Part shown: positions 32,156-41,880 of the stretch, piece after piece | Layout: each line of letters opens with the position of its first letter | Numbering within the stretch: position 1 is the first letter of the stretch | Assembly (NCBI GenBank): GCA_016699365.1 | Contig: CP064973.1 | Span: forward strand, 639,916 to 703,915 | Source: Candidatus Nomurabacteria bacterium | GTDB lineage: Bacteria; Patescibacteriota; Minisyncoccia; Phycocordibacterales; UBA9973 | Length of the DNA stretch: 64,000 nt | Direction of reading: 5' to 3' | Program-made: the position numbers and the translations under genes | The notes under the pieces: model-generated | Told to the model about the DNA's origin: nothing | The model's database searches: none | Seen by the model: the letters and a program-made list of their open reading frames with translations, nothing else

Positions 32156-33586
32156 TTATTGTAGCATTTCTTTTAATATTTTTTGTACGATTGCAGGGTT
32201 TGCAGAGCCTTTTGATTCTTTCATAACAGCCCCAACTAGAGACATGAGTGCATTTTCCTTACCACCTTTATATGTAGCAACGATTTCTGTATTTGCATCG
32301 ATTATTTTCTGTACGATCTCTTTGAGTGCACCTTCGTCATTTTTCTGCAATAAATCTTTTTCAGTCGCAATTTTAAGCGGAGATTCATCGTCCAAAGAAA
32401 TCATCGCCAAAATATCTTTTGCTGCACGGGAACTTATTTTTCCATCTGAAACAAGAGCTATTAGTTCACTAAAATTTTCAGATGAAGGTACTTTAATTTC
32501 AGAGTTATTTTTTTTCAAACCAAGAAAATCAGAAGTAACGTAATTTGATGCAGTCTTCATTTTATCTTTATCACCCAACAATTTTGCAACATCCTCAAAC
32601 CACAACCCAAGCTCTGAATCATTTACAAAACTCTCTATATCCTCATCTTTAATCCCAAATTCAGTTCGATATCTTTCCCTCTTCTCAGCAGGCAATTCCG
32701 GAAGTTCTGATTTCAAATTTTCAATATCAAAAAGCTTGCTCAAATAAAGCTTCGGGATATCTGGATCTGGAAAATATCTATAGTCATTTGCATTCTCTTT
32801 CGAACGCTGAGAAAAAGTAGCTTGCTTTGCCTCATTCCACCCACGAGTTTCTTGGACTATCTTATCCCCTTCACCTGCTTCTATAAGCTTTATCATTCTG
32901 TCTGTTTCAAAAAGTATTGCACGTTCAGCACTTCTAAAAGAGTTCAAATTTTTTACTTCAACTTTAGTTCCATAAACACTTTTATCATCTGATACAGACA
33001 TGTTCACTTCTACACGCATCTCACCCTTGTCCATATTTGCTTCTGATACTCCAAGTGCCAATAGTAGAAGTTGCAACTCACGAGCAAATCTTCCAGCAGC
33101 CTTTGAAGCCAATTCTGCACTATCAAATGTATGTGGTTCAGTTACAAGCTCCATAAGCGGCACACCTGCGCGATTGAAATCTACCAGAGAAAAATCACCT
33201 CTATCATGCTTGGATGTACCAGTGTCTTCTTCTAGATGAATTCTAGTCACATCAAAATCTGCCAAGTGTCCACCTGAAACAATTGGAAATTTATACTGAC
33301 TAATCTGATAACCTTTTGGAATATCTGGATAAAAATAATTCTTGCGATCAAACTCTGTAAAATCAGCAATCTTGCCTCCGATAGCTAAACCAACTTTAAT
33401 CACATTTTCTATAGCGGCTTTGTTTGGCACTGGTAAAGTACCTGGATGCGCCATACAGACAGGACAGATATTTGTATTCGGTTTTTTCTCGTTAGGGTCA
33501 TTGAAGCAAGCACAAAACATCTTACTTTTCGTAGAAAGCTCTGCATGTATCTCAAGACCTATAGTTGTATAGAAAGTTTTACTCAC
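32156..33586 (-). CDS. gatB: Asp-tRNA(Asn)/Glu-tRNA(Gln) amidotransferase subunit B
   Basis: N-terminal YTTIGLEIHAEL and C-terminal GatB/YqeY domain, 476 aa. Confidence 0.9.
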   Translation of the reverse strand: MSKTFYTTIGLEIHAELSTKSKMFCACFNDPNEKKPNTNICPVCMAHPGTLPVPNKAAIENVIKVGLAIGGKIADFTEFDRKNYFYPDIPKGYQISQYKFPIVSGGHLADFDVTRIHLEEDTGTSKHDRGDFSLVDFNRAGVPLMELVTEPHTFDSAELASKAAGRFARELQLLLLALGVSEANMDKGEMRVEVNMSVSDDKSVYGTKVEVKNLNSFRSAERAILFETDRMIKLIEAGEGDKIVQETRGWNEAKQATFSQRSKENANDYRYFPDPDIPKLYLSKLFDIENLKSELPELPAEKRERYRTEFGIKDEDIESFVNDSELGLWFEDVAKLLGDKDKMKTASNYVTSDFLGLKKNNSEIKVPSSENFSELIALVSDGKISSRAAKDILAMISLDDESPLKIATEKDLLQKNDEGALKEIVQKIIDANTEIVATYKGGKENALMSLVGAVMKESKGSANPAIVQKILKEMLQ

Positions 33587-33669
33587 GAAAAAAGTATAGC
33601 AAAAATAGTACTTTTCTATTAATTGACATGCTAATTAAAAAATAGTACTTTGAAATCAAACGCACCTTT

Positions 33670-34614
33670 ATGAAAATAAAAAATAACCCAATTTACTCTG
33701 GTATCTATGGCGAGATGATGGGACGTCCATTTGAATTCGCATATTTTTATGTTGAAAAAGTGATCAACCCTCTAAACGACAAAGATATCGATCCTGAAAA
33801 GTACTCCTTGCTTCTGCCGATTTTACGTACAGGTATGTATGAAAAAATACATGCAGGTGTAGAAAAATACTTTCCAAAAAAATTGAAGGGACTCGAAGAA
33901 TTTGTATATGGGAAAAAAATGTCACACTTTTTCACAGATGACACAGTACTCACTGTAGCAACTATGGACGCACTACTGGAAGACAATGAAAATCCAGATT
34001 TCCAAAAATTCTATTTGAAATGGGCACGTGCCTATCCGAATACTGGATATGGAAGAGTGTTCCGTGAATGGATTGAGAGCAACGACCCAAAGCCATACGG
34101 AAGTCTTGGTAACGGTGGAGCGATGAGAGTTTCTCCTGTAGCTTTTATATCAAACGATATTCTTGATGTTGAAAGACTCGCAGAATTATCTGCAAGAGTA
34201 ACGCACGACCACCCCGAAGGAATCGACGGTGCGATCGCTGTAGCCGGAGCAGTCTTTTTAGCAAAAAGACAATTTGGGAAAAAATATATTCACAAATACA
34301 TATCCGGATTCCCAAACTACAACATGCAAAGAAAATTGAGTGACATTCGTAAAAATTACAATTTTTATTCAGAAGCACTAAAAAGTGTCCCTGAATCAAT
34401 AATCTGTTTTTACGAAGCAAGGTCTTCAAAGGAGGCTATATCCAACGCGCTTTCACTAGCCGGTGACACAGACACCATGGCAATGATCGCCGGAGTACTT
34501 GCTGGAACTTACTACAAAGATACCGAAGATCATATGGTGGGCTTCTGTAGAATGAGACTTCCAGAAGAAATGTTATATATAATTGATGAATTTGAAGAAA
34601 AATTCATCCGATAA
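33670..34614 (+). CDS. ADP-ribosylglycohydrolase family protein
   Basis: FTDDT, GNGGAMRVSPVA, GDTDTMAMIAG di-metal site motifs. Confidence 0.75.
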   Translation: MKIKNNPIYSGIYGEMMGRPFEFAYFYVEKVINPLNDKDIDPEKYSLLLPILRTGMYEKIHAGVEKYFPKKLKGLEEFVYGKKMSHFFTDDTVLTVATMDALLEDNENPDFQKFYLKWARAYPNTGYGRVFREWIESNDPKPYGSLGNGGAMRVSPVAFISNDILDVERLAELSARVTHDHPEGIDGAIAVAGAVFLAKRQFGKKYIHKYISGFPNYNMQRKLSDIRKNYNFYSEALKSVPESIICFYEARSSKEAISNALSLAGDTDTMAMIAGVLAGTYYKDTEDHMVGFCRMRLPEEMLYIIDEFEEKFIR

Positions 34615-34638
34615 AAAAAATCTGCCCTATGGGCAGAT
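34605..34638. terminator. bidirectional intrinsic terminator (AAATCTGCCC-TAT-GGGCAGATTT)
   Basis: Between convergent genes. Confidence 0.6.
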
Positions 34639-35610
34639 TTATTTTTTTAGTAAAGCAACAAGTTCATCCGAAATTTTCTTTACAGACTTCTCATCAAAAA
34701 GAGTCACAGTGTAAATCGGTTTTTTAAGTTTTGTAAATTCTTTTATCTTTGCTTTCAATTCTTTCTCATCGATTGCGTCAGTTTTTGTAAGAATTATTAT
34801 CTCATCTTTTGTAGACAATCCCTCGCCATAAGCTTCAAGCTCACTACGAACTTGCTTATAAGCTTTCATCATGTTCATTCCGTTCTCACAAGAAACCAAG
34901 TGTGCAAGTATTTTTGTGCGTTTTATGTGACGCAAGAATTTTATTCCTACACCCTTACCTTCGTGTGCACCTTCTATAAGACCAGGAATATCAGCGATGA
35001 TATATCCATATAAATCTCCCAAGTTTGGGTCAAGTGTTGTAAAAGCATAATCACCGACTTTTGCTTTTGCATTTGTAATTGCATTTAAAAGACTAGACTT
35101 ACCGGCATTTGGTAATCCTATAAAACCAATATCAGCAAGTATCTCTACTACTACTTTAAATTTTGATTTCTCTCCTGCTTTACCTGGCGTAGCTTTTTCT
35201 GGAGTTGTGTTACGAGAACTTTTAAATTGTTCATTTCCTCTTCCTCCTGGACCACCCTTCAAAATCTTTTCTACTTGTCCTTCTTCTGTGAGCTCTATCT
35301 CAAGACCTGTTCCAAGATTTGTAATTTTAGTTCCTACTGGGAAATCAAAGATGAAATCTTTTCCATCTGCTCCGTGTTTTTTGCCACCCATACCAGCCTC
35401 ACCTGGAGAAGCTTTATAAACCTTTTCGGCAACATATTTCGATAGTGCATCCAAATCACGTATTGCACGTACATATACATCTCCACCAGCACCACCATCA
35501 CCTCCAGATGGACCGCCTTTTGGAATAAATTTTTCCCGGCGCCATCGAACAACACCGTTTCCACCACGGCCTGCTTCTGCAGATATTATCATTTCATCAA
35601 TAAATCTCAT
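34639..35610 (-). CDS. obg: GTPase Obg
   Basis: Gly-rich Obg fold GGNGVVRWRREKFIPKGGPSGGDGGAGGDVYV, G1 GLPNAGKSSL. Confidence 0.9.
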   Translation of the reverse strand: MRFIDEMIISAEAGRGGNGVVRWRREKFIPKGGPSGGDGGAGGDVYVRAIRDLDALSKYVAEKVYKASPGEAGMGGKKHGADGKDFIFDFPVGTKITNLGTGLEIELTEEGQVEKILKGGPGGRGNEQFKSSRNTTPEKATPGKAGEKSKFKVVVEILADIGFIGLPNAGKSSLLNAITNAKAKVGDYAFTTLDPNLGDLYGYIIADIPGLIEGAHEGKGVGIKFLRHIKRTKILAHLVSCENGMNMMKAYKQVRSELEAYGEGLSTKDEIIILTKTDAIDEKELKAKIKEFTKLKKPIYTVTLFDEKSVKKISDELVALLKK

Positions 35611-35619
35611 GTTTTTTTA

Positions 35620-35967
35620 TTAGTTAATTTCTTTTTTCTTGCCCTCTAATATGTCTATATGATCTTGTAATTCTCGAGAATTTAATATCGATATGTTGTA
35701 CATATAATCTCCTTTGTGATCTGGGAAACTAGATCTCATATACGATGCAAAACCTTGTCCGTATATTTTGTTTATTTGATCTACTGTAACCCTTACTCCA
35801 GACTCATATTTATTCGTCAAAACAAACTTTTCCTTAAGCTCTGGGTAAATACTTTCAATCCTTGTGAGAGTATTCTTCAGTTTATCAACTTCACTAAGTT
35901 CCCTTTCATTTCTAGGTGGAATTTGTGGAATATCCTTATTTTGATGCTTAAATATGTCTAGTTGCAT
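35620..35967 (-). CDS. hypothetical protein (115 aa)
   Basis: ORF track only. Confidence 0.4.
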   Translation of the reverse strand: MQLDIFKHQNKDIPQIPPRNERELSEVDKLKNTLTRIESIYPELKEKFVLTNKYESGVRVTVDQINKIYGQGFASYMRSSFPDHKGDYMYNISILNSRELQDHIDILEGKKKEIN

Positions 35968-35974
35968 AATTACC

Positions 35975-36865
35975 CTACATTTTATTCGCTTCTAAAGCAA
36001 GCTGGGCTAGAGCCAGGGCCCCGTCTTTGGTTTTTGCGACACAGAAAAATCTTTTGTTATGACAAAACATCGCCCCCTCAACTCCAGTAACTTTTTCCAA
36101 TTCTTCATTGACGAGCCCTGCCCATTCTACGGGGAAATATATCCGACTTTCAAATTGTCTAAACGCAGCTGGCACCATCTCAGTACCCCAGCTTTTATCT
36201 TGTCTCGGGTATACAACAATTAACGAATCTTCATATTCAGTCAAAACTTTTTTCCATGGAAGATATTGTGGTAACTCAACAATCCGTTTATCTGAAGTAT
36301 TCTTGTATATATCTCGCACTAGCTCCTGTGCTTCAATCAGATCTTTTGTCTTTTTTATAATTCGATCTAGCACAACTCGTGCATATGATACCAATTTAAC
36401 AAATTCAGCATCAACATCTATCACCTCTTTCCAACTCGGAAGAAAGAGTGAATATAAATTATGAAAATCAAAAGGTAAAGCATCTTCTCGAGTTGTTTTA
36501 TAAAGCTCTACTCCATTATCAGGAGCGTCGATCGCTTGCACAAGCTGTTTGTCTACAGCACCTGCAACTTCCCTGCTTCCACAAAGCTTCTCTCCATACT
36601 TTTTCCATACAAGCCCAAACGATGCATACGGAATTCCATTTTCTCTGATACCCGCTCCACCTTTCTGATGATGATCGAATCTCTCTATACCCTCATCATA
36701 CACACCTCCTACATCCACAACAAAATCTGCGCTTTTTATTATCTCCTCATCTCGAGTTCTAACTATCTTTATTTTCTCATCCGGAAAACTTGCGAGTATT
36801 GTTGCACACGCAAAAATATCATCAGCGTGAAAAGTTCCATTGTGTGCAAGTAAAATCTTCTCCAT
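35975..36865 (-). CDS. MYG1/UPF0160 family metal-dependent hydrolase
   Basis: LLAHNGTFHADDIFACA...DHHQKG matches the MYG1 signature (recalled from human MYG1 THNGTFHCDE). Start reset to MEKILLAHNG. Confidence 0.65.
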   Translation of the reverse strand: MEKILLAHNGTFHADDIFACATILASFPDEKIKIVRTRDEEIIKSADFVVDVGGVYDEGIERFDHHQKGGAGIRENGIPYASFGLVWKKYGEKLCGSREVAGAVDKQLVQAIDAPDNGVELYKTTREDALPFDFHNLYSLFLPSWKEVIDVDAEFVKLVSYARVVLDRIIKKTKDLIEAQELVRDIYKNTSDKRIVELPQYLPWKKVLTEYEDSLIVVYPRQDKSWGTEMVPAAFRQFESRIYFPVEWAGLVNEELEKVTGVEGAMFCHNKRFFCVAKTKDGALALAQLALEANKM

Positions 36866-36866
36866 A

Positions 36867-37211
36867 TTAATCTCTATCACCAAGCACCTTATCTCCGATC
36901 CAACTAAGTATAGATACAATGAGCGCTCCGATTATTGCTGCTGTAAAATTGTCTATATTGAATCCGTCTATAAGTGTTGCTACAAACCAGAAAAACAATC
37001 CGTTCAATATAATTGAGAAAAGACCAAGTGTTAAAATATTTATAGGCAAGGTAAGTATTTTTACTACCGGTTTTACAATCAAATTTATAAAACCAAGTAC
37101 CGCACCAACTATTATTGCAGTAAGCAATGTATCAACATGTATTCCGTCGACGACATAAGGTACAGCTAAAACCGCAAGTGTGATTATGAGCCAATGAGCT
37201 AAAATTTTCAT
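36867..37211 (-). CDS. DUF360/holin-like (YvlD-type) membrane protein
   Basis: 114 aa, 3-4 TM, pattern from memory. Confidence 0.45.
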   Translation of the reverse strand: MKILAHWLIITLAVLAVPYVVDGIHVDTLLTAIIVGAVLGFINLIVKPVVKILTLPINILTLGLFSIILNGLFFWFVATLIDGFNIDNFTAAIIGALIVSILSWIGDKVLGDRD

Positions 37212-37224
37212 ATTGTTTAAAAAA

Positions 37225-37683
37225 TTAAATAAATAATGAATCGACTACATTTTTTACATCTCCTCCGTCTGCCTTACCCTTAAGCTCTTTCATAAGCTCA
37301 GACATAAGCATTCCTTTTTTTGTTGCATCGGTGATACCAAGAGATTCTTTTTTTGCGCGAGCAATATTTTCAATTTCAGATTTTTCCATCATCTTTGGTA
37401 AATACACTTCAAGTATAGCAAGTTGAGCTTCTTCTTCTTTTACCAAGTCTTCCCTTCCTCCATTTTTAAATTGCTCAATAGAGTCTTTGCGCTGTTTTGC
37501 GAGTCTTGTAATAACTGCGATTACTTCTTCGTCAGTGAGTGCATCTTGTGGAGTACGTCCTTTTGAAACAAGTTCATTTGTCATAGCGGCACTGATACCT
37601 CGGAGCACTTCAAGCCTCACTGCTTCTTTTGCAAGCATCGCTTCTTTTATACTTTCTTTTATTTTTTGTTGAAGGTTTTGCAT
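37225..37683 (-). CDS. GatB/YqeY domain protein
   Basis: 152 aa, all-helical, YqeY-like (EVYLPKMM..., LMKELKGKADG). Confidence 0.65.
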   Translation of the reverse strand: MQNLQQKIKESIKEAMLAKEAVRLEVLRGISAAMTNELVSKGRTPQDALTDEEVIAVITRLAKQRKDSIEQFKNGGREDLVKEEEAQLAILEVYLPKMMEKSEIENIARAKKESLGITDATKKGMLMSELMKELKGKADGGDVKNVVDSLFI

Positions 37684-37719
37684 CTTTTAACTATATCAAA
37701 TCATGGTAGAATCTACTAT

Positions 37720-38442
37720 ATGCAATACAAACTTCTATTTTTAGATACAGAAACAACTGGCAACGAAGCAAAAGACCGACTTTGCCAGGTTGCTTATAGT
37801 GATGGAAAAAATCGTATCGAGGCGCTCTTCAAGCCCCCAGTTCCTATATCTATAGAATCCATGGCCGTCCACCACATAACTCCAAAGATGGTTCTAGATA
37901 AGCCGGCTTTCAAATTTAGTGAGGAGCATGCATTTCTCGCTAAAAAATTCAAAGAAGAAGAAACTATCGTAGTCGCCCACAATGCAATATTTGACCTAGA
38001 AATGCTCGCCAAAGAGGATTTGATTCCTGATAAATTTATTTGCACACTTCGCGTAGCTAGATATTTAGACCCAGAAGAAAAAATCCCTTCATATAGACTT
38101 CAATATCTACGCTACTTTTTAGATATTGAAATTGAAGCAACTGCACATGATGCGCTTGGAGATGTACTCGTGCTAGAAAAATTGTTTGAAAGATTGTTTC
38201 GCAAGATTGCCGATAGCGAGGAACTAACCGAATCTCAAACATATGAAAAGATGATTGAAATTTCTAAAACACCTTCACTTATAAGAACTTTCAGATTTGG
38301 AAAATATAACGGACAAAAAGTAGAAGAAGTGGCAAAGATTGATCGCGGATATCTAGAATGGATGCTCGCCCAAAAATCTGCAGTAGATAGTGGCGAAGAA
38401 GATTGGATCTACACCTTGAATCACTTTTTAGGTAAAAATTAA
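37720..38442 (+). CDS. DEDDh 3'-5' exonuclease (DnaQ-like) fused to DUF3820-like C-terminal domain
   Basis: Exo I LFLDTETTG, Exo II VVAHNAIFDL, Exo III HDALGD, C-terminal FRFGKYNGQKVEEVAKIDRGYLEWM. Start reset to MQYKLLF. Confidence 0.7.
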   Translation: MQYKLLFLDTETTGNEAKDRLCQVAYSDGKNRIEALFKPPVPISIESMAVHHITPKMVLDKPAFKFSEEHAFLAKKFKEEETIVVAHNAIFDLEMLAKEDLIPDKFICTLRVARYLDPEEKIPSYRLQYLRYFLDIEIEATAHDALGDVLVLEKLFERLFRKIADSEELTESQTYEKMIEISKTPSLIRTFRFGKYNGQKVEEVAKIDRGYLEWMLAQKSAVDSGEEDWIYTLNHFLGKN

Positions 38443-38476
38443 AACGACCACCAGGGGTCGTTTTTGAATTTCTTGA

Positions 38477-38785
38477 TTAATCACCACAGCCACAGTCGAA
38501 GAATGCAGTTGTATTTTCTTCTTCTTGTGACGTGCATTGGTAGACCGATATTTGTGGTTTCGGCGTACTTCGGATGCCGAAAAAAATAGCTCCCAAAACC
38601 ACTAAGATAACGATCATATAAGCAAGCCTATGAATAGGTCTGCGGCTACTTTGAAATGGGGAAATAAATTTACCCCACACCATCTTAAACCAAGAGGCTT
38701 TTGCCAAAACAAATGCGGCAATAATGAATGTAAATGGTATTGCCATTACAACCAGTCCTGCGGCAGTACACGATGAAATTTGCAT
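38477..38785 (-). CDS. hypothetical membrane protein with C-terminal CxxxxxxxxxxxxxxxCGCGD tail
   Basis: ORF track, 2 TM. Confidence 0.35.
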   Translation of the reverse strand: MQISSCTAAGLVVMAIPFTFIIAAFVLAKASWFKMVWGKFISPFQSSRRPIHRLAYMIVILVVLGAIFFGIRSTPKPQISVYQCTSQEEENTTAFFDCGCGD

Positions 38786-38868
38786 AGATCTTTATTTTTT
38801 ATAATTATACTTAAATATAAATAAATGTCAATAAAACAAAATCCCCCATCTGAGTGAGGGATTTTAAA

Positions 38869-39174
38869 TTATTTTTTATTTTTTATTTTTTTTAGGATTC
38901 TGTGTCTTAGGTCCTGATCGAACCATCGCAGCCATTCTGGCATATCATATCTATCCTCCCAGTTCATCGCTTTAAAAATCCGACGAACTATAAGTAGTAT
39001 AAATATCAAAATCGCAACTCCGTGAGACACGTTCTCCCCGGCTGTCATAAAGACCAAAAAACGACTAGTGAACTCAGCCCATATAAATGGTATTCCTAAG
39101 AAATGAAATAAAAAAACAGGTATTGAAATGATGTCGTAGAAGAACTCTAGAACGCTTTGTATGTATTTATTCAT
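38869..39174 (-). CDS. hypothetical membrane protein (101 aa)
   Basis: ORF track. The terminator hairpin AAAATCCC...GGGATTTT lies at 38837-38864. Confidence 0.35.
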   Translation of the reverse strand: MNKYIQSVLEFFYDIISIPVFLFHFLGIPFIWAEFTSRFLVFMTAGENVSHGVAILIFILLIVRRIFKAMNWEDRYDMPEWLRWFDQDLRHRILKKIKNKK

Positions 39175-39259
39175 AGTGTGAACATTTGTATGACAATACC
39201 ATTATATACAGATTGCGTCAAATGCAGCTAATCTCATAAATGTTTGTTATAATTTACAA

Positions 39260-40312
39260 ATGCAAAATATAACTTTCGGAATCATTGGGGCAATAGTAGC
39301 CGGGCTTCTAGTCTACTTTCTAACTCGAAATAAAAAAGATAACTCAAGTATAACCAACGACAAAAGTCTGGGGCTGTTGTTGCAACAAATGAACGAACTT
39401 ACTCGCACAGTAGACGCAAAACTCGGTGAATCTCAAAAGCATGTTTCCGAATCTATGCGTTTCCAGTCTACAGAGACTTCACGTATCATCGCCGACATAA
39501 CAGAGCGTCTAACTCGACTCGACGAAACAAACAAACAGGTTGTATCTTTTACTGACCAACTCCAGAGCTTGCAAGATATTTTAAAAAATCCAAAACAACG
39601 TGGAATACTAGGCGAATACTATCTAGAAACACTTTTGAAAAATGTAATGCCCCCAGGATCCTACCAGATGCAATATCCTTTTTCTGACGGGACGATTGTA
39701 GACGCAGCTGTTTTTGTAAAAGACAAAATTATTCCAATCGATTCAAAATTCTCTCTTGAAAACTATAACCGAATATCAGAAACAAATGATCCAAACGAGA
39801 AAGAGCGCTTAGAGAAAGTTTTTACAAACGACCTAAAGAATCGTATCGTAGAAACCTCAAAGTACATACAACCAGAAAATGGAACTATGGAATTTGCTTT
39901 TATGTTTATACCTCATGAAGCGATCTACTATGATTTGATAGTAAACAAAATCGGAGCAATTACTGAAGACACGGAAAATCTTATTCAACGTGCTGCAAGT
40001 AAATACAAAGTAATTATAGTTTCACCTACTTCATTCCTTGCATACTTGCAGACTGTTCTACAAGGATTAAAAGCAATGCAAATAGAAGAAAGCGCAAAGG
40101 ATATAGTAAAACGTGTAGGAGAACTCGGTAAACATTTAAAATCTTATGAAGATTTTCACAATAAACTTGGGAACGCTCTCGGCACAACAATCAATCATTA
40201 CAACAACGCCGGAAAAGAACTCAAGAAAGTAGACAAAGATATTTTGCGCATTACTGGAATGCAAAATGAAATTGAACCCGTGTTGTTAGAAAAACTAGAT
40301 AAAGAAGAATAA
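39260..40312 (+). CDS. rmuC: DNA recombination protein RmuC
   Basis: N-terminal TM, long coiled coil, C-terminal RmuC nuclease-like domain. Confidence 0.75.
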   Translation: MQNITFGIIGAIVAGLLVYFLTRNKKDNSSITNDKSLGLLLQQMNELTRTVDAKLGESQKHVSESMRFQSTETSRIIADITERLTRLDETNKQVVSFTDQLQSLQDILKNPKQRGILGEYYLETLLKNVMPPGSYQMQYPFSDGTIVDAAVFVKDKIIPIDSKFSLENYNRISETNDPNEKERLEKVFTNDLKNRIVETSKYIQPENGTMEFAFMFIPHEAIYYDLIVNKIGAITEDTENLIQRAASKYKVIIVSPTSFLAYLQTVLQGLKAMQIEESAKDIVKRVGELGKHLKSYEDFHNKLGNALGTTINHYNNAGKELKKVDKDILRITGMQNEIEPVLLEKLDKEE

Positions 40313-40920
40313 TGGAAGTTATAATTGGAACAATAGCCGGCGCAAGCGCACTTGCCGGATTAAAAAAAGTTTTCGACCGAGCTCCGAAACGTAAAATCCC
40401 AGAGAGTGGAATTGTTTCCCCTGCTTCAGGAAAAGTAATTGAAATTGTAGATATAGATCCGACAAAATTTGAATTTGTAAAAAAGAAAATAAAGAATTCT
40501 GTCTCACTTCCTGGGCTTGGCACAAGCGCTAAAATGATTGTAATAGAAATGAATATCCGCGATGTCCACGTCCAGCGCGCACCAATCGAAGGAGTAGTCA
40601 CCTACTCAAAACATTTTTCTGGAAAACACAAAAATGTAATCCACAGCAAAGGCAAAAAAGATTCTGTATACATAAACGAAAAACAAATCACTGTTATAAA
40701 AGGTAGAGATTTTTCGACTTGTGTAATCCAAGTTGCTGGCTTTGTAGCCAGACGTATAAGATCTCGAGTTCATATAAATCAATTCGTAAAAAAAGGTGCA
40801 GTCATCGGTAAAATCTCTTTCGGATCTCAGACAATACTTATATTACCTAATACACTAAATATAAAAATCCGTATAGGCGACAGAGTTACAGACGGAGAAA
40901 CTCTAATAACACAAAATTAA
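40312..40920 (+). CDS. phosphatidylserine decarboxylase-related protein (short archaeal-type)
   Basis: SPASGKV, HVQRAP, FGSQTILIL (candidate GS self-cleavage site). Confidence 0.55.
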   Translation: MEVIIGTIAGASALAGLKKVFDRAPKRKIPESGIVSPASGKVIEIVDIDPTKFEFVKKKIKNSVSLPGLGTSAKMIVIEMNIRDVHVQRAPIEGVVTYSKHFSGKHKNVIHSKGKKDSVYINEKQITVIKGRDFSTCVIQVAGFVARRIRSRVHINQFVKKGAVIGKISFGSQTILILPNTLNIKIRIGDRVTDGETLITQN

Positions 40921-40946
40921 AACCGCTCGATTGAGCGGTTTGCTTT

Positions 40947-41765
40947 TTATATATTTAAAATAAATTTGCATTGCCTGATAACTTCTATTGGACCGTGGTT
41001 GCGTTCAATAAAATATCTCACTGCATCATAAACATATCTTTCGTGACCTGCATGAAGAGCAAGTCCTTCTGATACAGGAATCCAGCTAACACTTTCAACT
41101 TCACTTTTATCAAGACCGTAAAAGGTGTCGATAAATTTATCCTTCGGAAGAAAGGCAAAGAATACGGTTGTCTCAATCCATGCGTTATCGGTATTCCGAT
41201 AATCATCGGAATATTTCCTATACATTCTCTTCACAAGACGCTGGTCGAAATTTTTAAATTGAGGAACCTCTTCGCCAAGCTCACGTAGAGCGGCTGTGAC
41301 TTTTGACTCACCTTTGTCTACCATTCCACCTACAACAGCATTCATACCGTTGTCTGCGCGTTTGATTGCTAAAAAACAAAGCAAGCCAGTTCTTGGATGA
41401 ACTGTAACCATGACAATATCCACTGCACGATTGGCTCCCCATTGATACAAAAGCCCTCTACCTCTAATACCTGTTCTTCCACAAGGATTAAGGGGTCGAC
41501 CTTCTATATCGTGAGCTATCCTATGGATAACTTTACTAAATCTCTGGTTGATATTTTTATAAGCATCCTCGGCTTCAATTTCTCCAGCCATGCTCTTTTT
41601 AAGAACAGAATCATGCACAAAATATGGAGGATCGTACTCAGGCCAATCAATAGCCCAGCACCCTTTATCTTCTGGAACGAAAAACCTTTCTGGATAACTA
41701 TCCGGCTTTTTTGTTCTAGCAATATTATGAACCTTTTTTAATATCTCTAAATTTCTTCTTGGCAT
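40947..41765 (-). CDS. NUDT9-like ADP-ribose pyrophosphatase (Nudix)
   Basis: NPCGRTGIRGRGLLYQWGANRAVDIVM matches NUDT9 [26 protein letters not shown] (memory). Nudix box GGMVDKGESKVTAALRELGEEV. Start reset to MPRRN. Confidence 0.65.
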   Translation of the reverse strand: MPRRNLEILKKVHNIARTKKPDSYPERFFVPEDKGCWAIDWPEYDPPYFVHDSVLKKSMAGEIEAEDAYKNINQRFSKVIHRIAHDIEGRPLNPCGRTGIRGRGLLYQWGANRAVDIVMVTVHPRTGLLCFLAIKRADNGMNAVVGGMVDKGESKVTAALRELGEEVPQFKNFDQRLVKRMYRKYSDDYRNTDNAWIETTVFFAFLPKDKFIDTFYGLDKSEVESVSWIPVSEGLALHAGHERYVYDAVRYFIERNHGPIEVIRQCKFILNI

Positions 41766-41774
41766 ATTATGAAT

Positions 41775-41803
41775 TTGACAAAGTATACAATATTTCGTAC
41801 AAT
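41775..41803 (+). promoter_or_regulatory. sigma70-like promoter for nadE (TTGACA-17-TACAAT)
   Basis: Read directly. Confidence 0.5.
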
Positions 41804-41841
41804 ATATCAAGACCTGAGGTCATTTTAAATTATTTCCTCAG

Positions 41842-41862
41842 ATAGTGTACTTTATACTCTAA
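41842..41862. promoter_or_regulatory. candidate NrtR operator A: ATAGTGTACTTTATACTCTAA (palindromic arms TAGTGTA/TACTCTA, GT-N7-AC core)
   Basis: Read directly. Lies 19 bp upstream of the nadE ATG in the divergent region shared with the NUDT9-like gene. 16/21 identical to site B. Confidence 0.45.
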
Positions 41863-41880
41863 ATACTATATACTAAAGAT

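Noticed and set aside
38786-38868. Poly-T/A-rich 80-bp spacer with repeated TTTTTTATTTTTTATTTTTTTT, considered as a regulatory repeat
   Set aside because: It is a simple low-complexity tract adjacent to a terminator hairpin. Slippage-prone AT runs are common in this genome.
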